Source: the human T2T-CHM13v2.0 reference genome, Homo sapiens. Taken from it: a stretch of 64,000 bases of DNA. The notes under the pieces are model-generated. The model did no database searches. It was not told the origin of the DNA and worked only from the letters and a program-made list of their open reading frames with translations. Location of the stretch: NCBI RefSeq assembly GCF_009914755.1, contig NC_060941.1; one strand, written 5' to 3'. Of the stretch, positions 34,021 to 49,810 are shown in pieces (the stretch's first letter is position 1; each line of letters opens with the position of its first letter). Position numbers and translations under genes: made by a program.

Positions 34021-34463
34021 CTGGATAAGAAGGGGACCGGACCTCGGTTCCTTCCCCGACCCTGGGGAAACGCAGAGAAGGGGAGGGATTGGGGAAGCCG
34101 GGAGGATCCCTGGAGCGCGACAGCGCACCAGTCGCCAGGAGGTCCCCTGCGTCCACTGCCCAGGCGACTCAAGCTACAGGGGCGTCAACGCCTGGGTCGG
34201 CGCTGGGGGCCTGGGCCTGCTTCCCTCCAGCCCCCAGATGGAGGGCAGCCCTTCGCCTACCTTCTCCTCCCCGTGGGATGCGGCCCGCGCAGCTCCCGCC
34301 CCAGCGCGGAGACAAGGGGAGCAGGCGCGCGGAGCTCCCGGGTGCGGACCCGCCACCTGCCGCACCCTTCCCTCCCCAACCCTGCCCTTTCCCCACCCCC
34401 ACCCCACTTCCCACCCCCAACCCCCGCTCGGCGCCCCACTCCCGACCCTGCCTGCCCGGGCAC

Positions 34464-34590
34464 CTCGGGGCGTCCGCTCGCCGGCTTCGCCTCCACTTGC
34501 CCCGGCAGGCGCGCGTGGGCTCGGCGTCCCGCGCTCCCTCCTCGACTGTGCGGCTCCCGCGCTGCCGGGTTTCCTGTTCAACAATATAAC
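34464..34590 (-). other. ARHGAP27: Possible ARHGAP27 exon 1 / TSS region (alternative donor at 34255-34260)
   Basis: GAG|gtgccc donor at 34458-34463; AAG|gtaggc alternative; TSS cannot be placed from sequence. Confidence 0.35.
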
Positions 34591-35272
34591 CAGGGAGGCA
34601 CCGGCGGAGAGCGCCGGGCAGAACTTCCTCCCGGACTGGGGCTGGGCTGCGGTTGCGAGAGACAATCCCCGGTGTCCTGGCTTCCTGTCCCCTCTGGGCC
34701 GGGCCAGCGCCTGAGGAGCGAAGACGCCACCCCCTCCCCTGCCTTTCCCGGGATCCTGGGCCGCACCTGGCTGTCTCCAGGGAGAAAGAGGCTGCGGGGC
34801 TGAGATGGTGGGACTGGGGAGGGCGGGAGCCTCCCCCGCAGGTTCGCCTGGCCAGATTGCCCTCCCACCATCCCCCACCCCCTCTTGATCCTTGTGGGGA
34901 AGGAGGGCCACCCTCCAATCCGTCCACAGGGTAAGCTCAGAACAACCTCCAGGAGTCCAGCCCCAGGGCCCTCCGCCTTGGGGGTCTTCTGTTGGGGAAT
35001 TTTCTGCCTCTCTGGACAAGCAGCCTCGCCCTGATCTGAGCCTGCACTCACTCCAGACATTACAAGCCACAGCCCCAGCACACCCCCTGCCCTCAGGGGC
35101 CCCAAGGAACAGTTGTGCCTGTGGACCTGGCTGTGTGTGCCAAGAGCTGGCTGATTCAGGCCAGTGTTCTGGGAGGAAGAAGGGCCCGCATCCCAGGCCA
35201 TGGCCTCTCTTGACACCACCTCCTGGGGACCCAGGGTTGGGTGGGAAGCTGAATCTGGCCACCCAGATTCAG

Positions 35273-35385
35273 AGGAACTCCCTTACCTCTATATCTTTGT
35301 AAGATATAGTAAGTAAGGAACTCCCTTACCTCTATATCTTTGTAAGATATAGTAAGTAAGGAACTCCCTTACCTCTATATCTTTG
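35273..35385. repeat. 43-bp tandem repeat, ~2.6 identical copies, each with an internal inverted repeat
   Basis: aggaactcccttacctctatatctttgtaagatatagtaagta starts at 35273, 35316 and 35359. Confidence 0.95.
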
Positions 35386-35539
35386 CCTCTGCTAGGCATT
35401 GCCCACCTGTGAGTCCACACTTCCTCTGAGAATCTGTGTGTCTGAGCCTTGGTGGCACCTTGGGACCCTCCAGGGTGGGCACACAGCAGAACTCAGCACT
35501 GGTCTTTGGTGCCCGACATGCTTAGAAAATAGTGGCTGG

Positions 35540-36787
<1,248 letters not shown>

Positions 36788-37614
36788 TCACGTGCTGTGG
36801 CCCTCCTCTGGGCCTCCCTCTCCCAGTTTCTCTTCTCTTCTCCGGGCCTACCATCTACTGTCCTGGAGGGAGGTGAAGCCCTTGGGGGAAGCTGGGGCAC
36901 CTAGATTGGCAGAGGGTGCCACCTTGTAATCTGAAAGGGGCCTTTAAGGACAGGAAATCTCAGACCTGAATGTTGTCTGTTTCCATCCCATTTTACTGCA
37001 ACCTGATTTCCCTGAGAATTAAGTCTGTTTCCTGCTCCTGTTCTTAAAATGGACAGTGGTGTGGGCCTCCCCTTGGAGGGGTCCCCTGGGCTTCTCCTGG
37101 AACTTCTGAGGAAGGTCAGCAGCCAAGTAAAAGTCATTTTGAGCCCTAAAACCATGAGCCCTGAATCGGGGGATCCACTTAAATAACCCTTCTTTCCTGA
37201 GCCCCATCTCTCCTTTATTTCTCCTCTGAGAAATGTCCCCTGTATCCTGAGGTTTCACATGATCCAGTGTCAAGGGTCTGTGTTTTGACATTTAAGTCAC
37301 AGGAAAAGAAGCCACCGGCGTGGGATCAGCTTGAGTTGTTATACAAGTGTGGGTACACCTCCCCAGAGACCCTGAGATCCTACCCCAGGAAGAGCCTGAC
37401 TGCTGGGCTTGGCAAGGTGGTTTTCTTACTCTCTTCTCCCTGCCCACTCCTGGCATGCAAGCCCTCTGCCTACAAGTGTTTGCCACGGACCTCCCAAGCC
37501 TTCCCCCGTGCCAGGGACTAACATGAGGGTAGGGGACCCTGACAGATGGTAACAGATGGCTGGTGGTCTCCCCCCTGGCCGTGGCAGTGTTAGAATTCAG
37601 AAGCCAGACCAGTG

Positions 37615-39570
37615 ATGAGAAAGATCAGGTCTTTACTGCAAAATCATTCAAAACTCACACGGCAGCAATTCCTTCAATACATTGCAAAGACTCCTCAGGG
37701 CCAGAGCCCTGCTCACTAGGAACAGTGTATTGCATAAAATAACATTTTAAAAATAGTGTGGGCACTACCTTTCTGAGGGAGGGGAGGCGGGAAGAGTCAA
37801 TGCATCTGAAAGCACTGGCAGCTTCTGGGGAACGGGCCCCCCAGGGCCTCAAACCTGCTGCCTCCGAGGGCACCTTCGGGGAGAATCCTCACAGGCCCAA
37901 GCCCTCCCCAGGCCAGGCTCCTGCCCACTCAGGGATGGGGCAATGAGGGCTCTGACTAGGCTGGGCTTGTGGTGGAGCGTTAATGTGGGCCATGGCGGTG
38001 CATAACCCAGCTCCTGGCTTAGGAGGCATTGGCGTCTGGGCACAGGTGTGTGCCATGACCGGGAGAAGCTGTGCGCAGCCTCCACCTGCCTGCCACCGTT
38101 GCCTCTGTTCTGCTGCACAGGCATCCAGCTCCAAGGCTGGGTGGGTGACTCAGCAGCTAATCGCCCCCAGGGAAGGGTGGGGGTGGGCTCATCTCTGACA
38201 GTGACATGCGGCTCTCCACCTGAGGCCTGACTCCAAGCTGAGCGCAGGTAAGACAGCTAGGACTGAGGGCCTGCTAGGTCCAGGAGAGGTGGGGGAAGGC
38301 GACAGAGAGACCAGCAAACCCACATTTCCCCGAAGCCTGGAGGGTCTGACCATCACTTTGAAAACAATTCCAGACTCCCACCCCAGCCCCAAGGCCCCTT
38401 CAAAGGCAGTCCTGCTCCGGGGAACTTCTTCAGTCTCCAGTGTCCCGGCTGGGCAAGTTCAGTGATGCTTTGGGAATTCATGGCTTTGTGAGGTGGTGGC
38501 TGCATCCACAGGGCAGTTCCCCCGCACGCCCTGCACAGCTTAGGACCAGGTCACTTCTCCACAGTGCAGGGCGTGGCTGCCTGCCCTCTCTGGGGTCCTG
38601 CCTATCTGTGCCCTGGCAGGGGTCAGTCAGGCAGAGAGTGTGACCCCGGGCACCCACCAAGGTGGGCCTGGAGCATCTGCAGCAGCGCCCCTGTCTGTAG
38701 AGGGGTGAGGAGCGCACGGGGATCGGGGGTGGGCAAGACGGCGACCCTCCATAAACCGAGGAGGGCTCAAAGTGCTGACAGTGCTGGTTTCCAGTCATTT
38801 CTCCTTCTCCTAATGGGGCCAAGGCCCCAGGCTAGAGAAGAGCTAGGGGCTCTGACGCTGAGAAAGCGGTGGGCTCAGCAGGCGAGACGCACTGGGGTGG
38901 GGAGTAAAGAGGACACAGAGGAACCGGGGTCGCCAGGACTGGCCCTGCCCTGCTGAGGGGCGGTTTGGCACTGGCAGTGAGGGCCAAGGAAAGGCACTGG
39001 GTGGGCCCATAGACCCTGTCCCAGCAGTGGCCTGCCCACCAGCCACCCGCTACCTCTAAGCCAGGCCTGAGTGGCTCCTGTGCATCCGCTGGGGGTGAGA
39101 ATGTCTGGATTTCATGGGTGACTCACGTAGGGTCAAGAATAAAAAAATACTTTCTGTTGAAATATGAATGGGAAAAACCCACCTTAAAAAACTAGACCTT
39201 TTAATCAGGAATGTGGAATTGAAAATGCTCCCCAAGTCCCCTTTCCACAGTGTTTGGGCAGCCCTAACGGAGGCGCCGGGACGCTGGTGAGCCAGGGCCT
39301 GGTGAGTAAACGGCCCTGCCTGCCCCAGACAGGGAGCATCTGGTGGTGGCCACGCCTCCTGCAGCAGAGGGGTGGGGGGAGGGCCAGGGGACACCACGGG
39401 GACTTCCTGGGCTTTCTCTGGGAGGCCGGTGCTCTGGCCACATCTGAGGGTCTTCCTGACAAGGGGACACAGCTGTGACACGGTGAGTATCCTGGGCTGA
39501 TGGCAAACCCAGCCGGGATGGCTGAGCCACACTCACCCCCGGCTTTCAGAGCGGGGTCAGCAGATGGGCA
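37615..39570 (-). other. PLEKHM1: PLEKHM1 3'UTR (~1.95 kb)
   Basis: Repeat-free stretch between the TGA at 39571-39573 and the poly(A) signal. Confidence 0.7.
37632..37637 (-). terminator. PLEKHM1: Likely distal PLEKHM1 poly(A) signal (variant AGTAAA)
   Basis: AGTAAA at the end of an AU-rich block, upstream UGUA (~37678-37681), pyrimidine-rich downstream. Confidence 0.6.
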
Positions 39571-39864
<294 letters not shown>

Positions 39865-39964
39865 TCACACAATGCACACTGATATTCTCTGTCCTATTGC
39901 ATTTTTTATAAATGCTGCTTGAGATTCATTAAAGATCTCTTGCCTATATTTAAAAAATATTTAC

Positions 39965-40756
<792 letters not shown>

Positions 40757-40933
40757 TGATCATTTCAGCAACAGACACAGTGGCAGTGGCAGGTACCACC
40801 CACCAGGTGCCACTTTGTGCCTGGTCTCATGCCAACAGTGCAGGGTGGTAACTCATACAACCCTCCTCAACCCATGCATACACTGAGGCGCCAGGAGGCT
40901 CCACTCAGAGAGCCGGCAGCCACCTCTTCTTTA

Positions 40934-41371
<438 letters not shown>

Positions 41372-41842
41372 TCATACACCCCGTCTGCGATCTGCGGAGG
41401 GCTGGTAAACTGAGGCCCCAGGCCTTTCAAGCAGCTGCACTGAGGTGCCATGGCACCCTGCCTGGAGAACTTCTACCCCCCGTTTCCACACGGGCAAGAA
41501 AAGAAAACCTCCCTGAATCAGGCTGAGCAATGCCAGCGTCCAGCCCGTGGGCACTGAGGTCACTGGGGGCTAATGGGATTTATAGCTGAGACCCAAATTC
41601 ACTGTACCCTCCCCTTGGGGAAAGGAGTATTCCAAACTCTCTTCCCTGTGATCCTGGGGTTGCTGGAGTGCTTGTTTATTCCAGGGGTGCTGGGGGTATC
41701 CGTCCCTGCCCAGGAAGCTGGGGCAGCAGGGCAACCCACCCTGAGCTGCAGAAAAGCTACAGACTGCTGTCTTCTTCAGTAAACTACAGACACCCCCTCT
41801 TCCATCTTCCTTGCTGACTTCTCTGGGAATGAAGTCTCTCTA

Positions 41843-41941
<99 letters not shown>

Positions 41942-44041
41942 TCAAACAAAACACAAGCGATTCTTTAGAAAGGTTTCCAGAACCCAGGCTAGCCTGTGTT
42001 GTTTGTTTACACTCCCCTGGCGCTGCTCACCAGGCAGACACCCCCCGCCTGGGCGGGGCAGGGGCTAGGAGTGTAATTCGGCCTGCCTGGGCTTGGGGCC
42101 TGGTCTTCAACGTAACTAACTAGCTGGTGGGACCTTGGGCACGTTACTTAACCTCTCTGAACCTTGGGTTTCCCTCTCTGGGAAATGGAGTTGTCTGGAT
42201 TAAGTAACTTATTTAAAGCATTTGGCTTGGTGCCAAGCTCACAGTAAACACGTAATTAATCATGAGAAGGAGGATGGGTGCAGACACCTGGGACCAGGAA
42301 CTGGGCTAAGAGCTTCATACGCATTCATTCATTTGATCCTCACAATAATTCTGTGAGGCTGGTACTATCACAATCCCAACTCTGAGAAGAGGAAACAGAG
42401 AGGTTAAATCACTTGCCTGAGGTCACACAGCTAGTAGGTGGGAGAGCTGGAGTTTGAACACAGGGGCCTGGCTCCAGAGCCTGCACCCCTGTCCACCTGG
42501 CAAATGCCTAGAGATGCAGGCTGTTGTCATTATTGCCACCATTACATACCAGGGACAGTGCTGGGGACAGCAATGCACAGGATATGGCCTCTGCCCTCCT
42601 GTGGCCCCTGGTTTGGCCGAGGGACAGACATTCAAGTGTCTGGTTTCAGTGCTACACTGGTTTCAGTGCTGAGACGTGTCCTAAGCACAGCAGATCCCAT
42701 TTCAGAGGTGGCCGGGGGAGCAGAGAACAAGGGCTCAGCCGCCAACGCAGCTCTAGTTTCTACCACACCAATGGGAGGGATCCAGGGGGCCCCATCCTGA
42801 TGGGGAGGAAACACCTGCAGAAAGTCCCTTAGTGCAAAACCTGCCTGGCCTGGCTGTGTGTGTTTACATGGGTACTGGGGGTGGGAGGTTACTCCAAGTC
42901 AGAGGATGCTTGGGAACCTGCCCCAGGATGCCCCAGACATCTGGGGACAGGATGGTGCCAGCCCTGGGTCTGGGCCTCCGGGGTGCAAACTGTGGAGCAT
43001 CTGGAATGGGGGCTTGGCCTTGTCCCAGCTGGTGGCTCAGCTGTGGTCCAGGGGAGCCCAATCCGGGGTGGAGAGGGTGAGTCTCACCAAGCAGCCACAC
43101 AGGCCAAGATGCCAACTGGCCCCTCAGTTTACCATGCTGGTGTCCCCAGTAAACTTCCTGCACTCTAGGAAGGGAAGCTGCCATTTGTCACCAAGAAAAC
43201 ATGGGACACAGCAGGCTGGGGGGACACAGGTTGGCCTTCAGCTGGCAGGAGGGTGGGCGGATCTGGATGGAGAATTAGCTTTGCCATCTGTCCTCTGACC
43301 ACAGTCGTGGAAGCCCTGGGAGCCCCTGTGCCCTGGGCCTGTCACCCTCTCAGCAAGGACTTGGAAGTGGCTTCTCCGCAGTGCTCAGTCAAGGCCAGAG
43401 GGGAGAGGGCGCTGACCCAGGGGTGAGAGGCCACTTCTCCTGGCCTCCAGGAGAGAAACTCTCATGCACTGGGGCACAGTCAGGCCTACTTGGGGCCTCA
43501 GTTTCTCCACCCACACAATGAGGAGAACCCTCTTTGTCCTCTGGCGTGAGGCTGGCTACCTGGGAAAGAGACCAGAGGAATCTGGACGGCTCTCCGGGAG
43601 AGAAGAAGATGAGGGGAAAGGTCGAATCTTAGTTCCTGGAACCGATGAAGTGATGGGGAAGGAAAGGGCCAGGCAAGGGCTGGAAGATCCGGGGGACATG
43701 GGTGGGGGGCCTGGGTGCCACCTGTCTCCTGAGCCCTGGCTCCTCCTCTGCCCACCCCTTCCCGGCTGTCGGGAGGGACAATGAGGTCTGGTGGGTGGAC
43801 AGGGTGTGGGGCATTTCTGTGATGGCTTCCTCCCAAGGGCTGGAGAGGACACTGTCAGGGGCTTCTCTGGCCCTTGGAGACATGTCCCAGGTCTGCCGGA
43901 GAGAACCCTGCCAGGCAGCTGCCACTAGTGCAGGACAGCTCCTCCCTGACTCCCTGACATCCAAGACCTTCCCATGTCTCAGCCCTCTCCTCTCAACCTT
44001 CCCTCTGGCTGACTCGGTCCAGGCCCAGCTCCCTGGGCTAA

Positions 44042-44436
<395 letters not shown>

Positions 44437-46570
44437 TAAGCCGCTGACCGGAAGTGACAGCCCTATGCTCAAAACCCTTCAATGGTTCCCCACAGGTGGC
44501 AGATCAAATCCAAAGGCCTCGAGGGCCCTTTGAGTTCTGGGCCCTGCACCTGAAGCCCAGCTGCCCAGAGCCCCTCAAGGGTGTCAGTGAGCTGTGCTCC
44601 TGCCAGCCTCTTGCTACCGGTCTCTTAGCCAGGAAAGCCAGGTTCTCCTCTGCCCTTTCTACTCTTTTCTCATTTTTCTAAGCCCCAGTTCAACAGACAC
44701 ACAATGCCACTGGTGTGGCAACATGTGTGTGTGGATGGAGTGAGGTGCAGAAACAGGTGGTGGTGGGCTCTGAGAAGGGCTGATTGAATGGTCTGCTTTA
44801 TTCCCTTTCATAAATTTTCCTCGCTTGGAAGATTGACCTTTGTAAAGAAGAAAAACATTTTAGAAGGAAAAAGGAAAATATCTCTGCATGCCCTCAGCTC
44901 AGATGCCATCTCCTCTGGGAGCTCCTCTGGCCCCTGCCAAGGCTGGATCAGGTGCCCTCAGGGCACACACGATGCTGACCCAGGGCCATCTGTGGCCCAG
45001 ACTCTGGGTCCCTCATGCAGCTCTCACCACTGCTCAGGAGGCCACAGGAACAGAGGAATCACTGGCCCATTTTATAGACGGGAAAGCTGGACCCGGAGAA
45101 GTGAAGCAACTTTCCTGACTCACAGTGGGTGAGGGCCTCCCACACTCTTTCCCCTGCCCCATGCTGTTTCCATGGGACTTCCACAGGCATGGGAAGCAGG
45201 CTGAGCGCCTAGCAGGAGTACAGCGCTGCTGCCCAGGGATGGAGCAGGAGGGTCAGGGAGAGAGACAGGGCTGCCCCTGGTGCCCACAGAGACAGGTCTG
45301 TAAAGCCGATGAACAGACTCTCTCAGCAGGGTGGGGATGGGTGAATGGGGCTGGGGTCCACAACCCACCCCACAGGCATCTGGTCTACACAGGTCTGCAT
45401 GCCTGTGCAGGTACCTGGCTCCTTGACCAAGGAGGGTGATAAGGCCCCACCTGACCCCAGAGATTTCACCACCTGGTTAGGTGGGCAGGAGGATAGTCTC
45501 TCTGGAGCCCTGGGTCATGGACTCTCAGAGGTAGGGAGTAAGTCAGCGCTTGCCAAGAGGTGGAGACCCAGTCACCCACGATGCTTGGGATGGGCAGAGC
45601 CTCCTGGGGTGAAGTCTTCTAGGGTCTAGGGTCCCACATGGTGGTCCCTGGAAGGCTTTCTGTTCTTCCAGGCCCTACAGAGGAGACCAAGGCTCAGCTG
45701 GCAGCTGTGGGGCCAAATTCTCCTCTCTGCCTAGGGGAGAGCCCCCTGCAGTACCCCTTGAGAGCCCCTGGGGACCTGCTCGAGGCACACCCTGGCCCTG
45801 AGGAGGCCCGGCTCTGGGAGCACTGCAGCCAGGATGGAGGAGGCAGTCTTCAGAGAGGCGCTCTCTGGGCCAGCCCTGTGGGGAGGGAAGGCCAGACGGG
45901 GGAACCTGGAGGGGCTTGTGAACTGGTCCCTGCCCCCAGAAACCCAGCAGAGGTTGATTTGAAGCCCATTCTGGGCAGTAGGCACCGGCAGGCTTCTCCG
46001 CCTGAGGTCTGCCCTCCTGAGGGTGCTGGGAGAGTACAGCCCTGGGAAGACTGCAGCCTGGGCGTGACCTGAGGACTAGGAAGCGTTTATGACAGGCATG
46101 GAGAGGCCTAAGTCCCTGTTGAAGCCCAGCATCACATCCCATTCCTGAGCACCAAAGGCCCCAGGCCCTGGGTAAGAGAAGCTTCCTGAAGGGCATCCTG
46201 AGGGCCCCGCCCGGATCACGTCTTCTTTGGAGAATTTCAGGAGGGAGGCTGGCATGGGCCAGACGACTGGCTGGTACAGGGAAGAGATGGGAACATCTGG
46301 CCCTCACCTGCCTCTCGCCACACTCCCCACTTCCCTCCTCACTGTAGCCAAAGTTCTCCCTGGGCTTTCCACCAACGGTGCCTTCGTTCATGGCCTGTGC
46401 GTGCCATTCCTTCTGTCTAGAATGCTCTTTCCCCCTTTGCTTCTCCTTTCTGATTCTTCCTAATTTTTCAAGTCTCACCTTATAAGTCACTTCCTCCAGG
46501 AAGTCCTTCCTGCTTTGTCCTCCTCTGATCTGGGCTGGATGTCAAGCCTCTGTGGTTCCAGGACGTCCTG

Positions 46571-46718
46571 CCTCTCACCCTCACCCCCAGATGGAGTTGC
46601 TGGCTTTCCCACCTGTCTCCCTCTCACCCTCACCCCCGGATGGAGTTGCTGGCTTTCCCACCTGTCTCCCTCTCACCCTCACCCCCGGATGGAGTTGCTG
46701 GCTTTCCTACTTGTCTTC
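46571..46718. repeat. 49-bp tandem repeat x3
   Basis: cctctcaccctcacccc(a/g)gatggagttgctggctttccc... starts at 46571, 46620 and 46669. Confidence 0.9.
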
Positions 46719-46962
46719 CCTGCCAGGCCAGAGACTTCCGGCGGGTCGGCCCTGGCTCTGTCCTGCTCATTGTTGGAGCCTACATGCCTCGCCAGGTGTG
46801 CAGTGCTTAGTATGTTCTCAGTCCATGTTTTTGAGTGAACAAATAGATACATGAACAAAACCCCAAAATCACCCCCAAAAGATGTGATCATTTCGCAGGC
46901 CCAGTGGGAAGATCTCTGCCCAGGTTTCCTCCAGGTGGACGCCTTGCCCTGGGCACTGCCCC

Positions 46963-47168
46963 TGTGTGTGTGTGCATGTGCACGAGTGCCTGCATGTGTG
47001 TACATTTGTGCACATGTGCATGGGTGTGGATGTCTATGCATTTGTGTATAAATTTATGTGTGTGGGTATGTGTGCACATGTGTATGTGTGTCTGTGTGTA
47101 CATGTGCATATAAGTATGTGTTTGTGTGCATGCATGTGCGTGTGTACGTGCACTCACACGCATACACG
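46963..47168. repeat. Imperfect (TG/CA)n purine-pyrimidine tract
   Basis: ~200 bp of tgtgtg/catgtg/tatgtg. Confidence 0.9.
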
Positions 47169-47181
47169 TAGAGGTTGCTCA

Positions 47182-47457
<276 letters not shown>

Positions 47458-47469
47458 TCACTTACCTGA

Positions 47470-47600
47470 GGGGCTATCTTCATTTTACAGATGGGGAAAC
47501 TGAGGCTCAAGGAGATGAAGAGATTTGGCTAGGGTCACCCAGCTTGTAAATGGTACAGTCAAGCTCTGAACCCAGTTTATCTGACTCCCAAACCCGCTCT
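47470..47600 (-). mobile_element. MIR (others near 5560, 8085, 15115, 36000, 42070, 42290, 47990, 48500, 52660, 54175)
   Basis: MIR core cattttacagatggggaaactgaggctca. Confidence 0.75.
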
Positions 47601-49509
47601 CCCTCTAATGACAAGGGTCACTGCCCCCTCCCCAATCATGCTGAGATGAGGGAGGGACTGCTCTGATAACGCCCCCTCCCTCTGGGCCTCACAGATCCTT
47701 CCCACTCTTTCCTGTCCTCCCAGCCCCTATTTCCCCCCACTGAAGGAAACAGGCACTCCCTTCTGTGCCCTGACTCAGGAACCAGGTGACGGGCTGAGTC
47801 AGGCTCCAGCCACAGGAAGCTACAGATCAGACACAGCTCACCAACAGGCTTCCCTGAGCTCCCTCGGCTCACACCAGTAGCAACACCGGGACTCCGTGTG
47901 CAGCTGAGTGATCCATCTCAGTCTCTCCTGGCTGACAGGGTGTTGAAGGTTCTACCCTTGGCCCTGATCCTAATACCAATGCCAATAATCGAGCGCCTAC
48001 TATTTGCAAAACACTGGGTCAGGAACTTGACCACATCCTCCCGTCATTCTCAGAACAACACGTTAGGGAGGGTGTCCCTGTCCCCGTTTTCTAGATAAGG
48101 AAACGGAGGCTTAGAGGGGCTAACGTAGCTTATACAACCTGCCTGCAGAACCTGCCAGGTTTGAGCTGAGGTGTCATCTCTGAACACCAGGCTGCTGCAC
48201 TAATCAGAAGCCCCCTCCCCTGCAGTGATCTCGCTGTATCATAAGGACGGAGGAGCTGTTGTCTCCACAGCCGACAAGTGCACAGTGACTAGAAGTCTGG
48301 CTTTGGCCTGGCTCAGATCTTTAACATCTTAACTAGTCCTCTCGTTACATATTTTATTTCTGGTGGCTTTGTTTTTGATACTATTATAAGTGATTATCTT
48401 TTAAAATAGTAATTTGTTTGCTGATATATAGAAATGAAATTGATTTATTTGACTGTCGTATCCAGCAACCTTTTCAAATTCTGATAAATTGTGTAGGGGA
48501 AAAAAAGTCTGGCTTCGGAGTCAGAATGGAATTGAATCCTGCCTCCACCACTTTATACCTGTATGAATTGGTGAAACTTATCCCTCTCTGTGACTCAGTT
48601 TCCTCATCTGTAAAATGGGGAAAATGAGAGCAATTAAGGCTCACGGGTTTGGGGCCTTTTCGTTCGCTGCTGCTGCTTTAGTGCTTTGGCCCGGCACTCG
48701 GCAGGATGTCAGCCCAGGACTGGAGCTTCTTTTTCATGGGATTATTTTGAATTCAGATTAAAAGAGGTATTCCAGGAGAGCTCCTGGCATAGGGCCTGGC
48801 AGGTGGCACATCCCCAGTAAATGTGAGCTGCTATCAGCTGCTGTGTGAGTGCCTGGTGTGGCCCTGTTGTCCCCTTGAGGGTTGGGGGACTAAACTGGCC
48901 CTCAGGAGACCTGCCCCTGTATTTGGGGGCTGAGGGGGCCTCTGACCTCTTGTCTCCCAGCTCCACCAGCATCTCTCACCTCCCCCAGCAATGGACAACC
49001 TCTTCTTTTCCCAAAGCCTGGGGCCCTGAGGTACCAGCCCCCCAGCCCAGGGACAGCCCAATGGCAAACTCCTGGTGACTTGGGTCAAGCTGCTGTTCTC
49101 CAGTCCTAACTCAGCTCTTCCCATGACTTGGCCCCAGGCCTTGGGTGAGGCTCCAGTGAAATAACACACAGGAATGTGCGCTGAACACTGCCAAACACTG
49201 CAGATGGGCAGGGGCTTTGTGCTCCCCAGCGACTGTTCCTATCCTGCGGGAATGGAGGAGACAGAAAGAAGCCCCACTCCTGGGCTGACATCCTGCCAGT
49301 GCCAGCCAGGCCTCAGCACCAGTGGGTCAGCCAGGCCTCAGCACCAGTGGGTCAGCCAGAACAGCAACGGCGAACAATAAGGCCCCAAACCCGTGGGCCC
49401 CCTACTTTCTATCTTGAGTTTCCCTGTCTTTCCTAGGCCAGCAATCTTTGAGAGGGAGAGCGAGCTGAGGATTTCCTGATCTCAGATATGCCTAGAAAAC
49501 GATTGTACT

Positions 49510-49810
<301 letters not shown>

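Larger units (their letters stand above)
31150..34800. promoter_or_regulatory. ARHGAP27: CpG island containing the main ARHGAP27 promoter and 5' exons
   Basis: Very high GC and CpG density, GC boxes, no Alus. Confidence 0.9.

Noticed and set aside
33349-35262. Long ORFs on both strands (414, 362, 259, 252 aa and others)
   Set aside because: They lie in a CpG island where stop codons are scarce; Pro/Gly/Arg-rich low complexity, overlap in all frames, no recognisable domain
35273-35385. Hairpin-forming direct repeats resembling a CRISPR array
   Set aside because: No unique spacers, no cas genes, human context; it is a tandem repeat
45675-46490. 271-aa minus-strand intronic ORF (also 28573-29163 and 11609-12187)
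   Set aside because: No domain similarity; the first two overlap L2-like remnants; not needed to complete either protein
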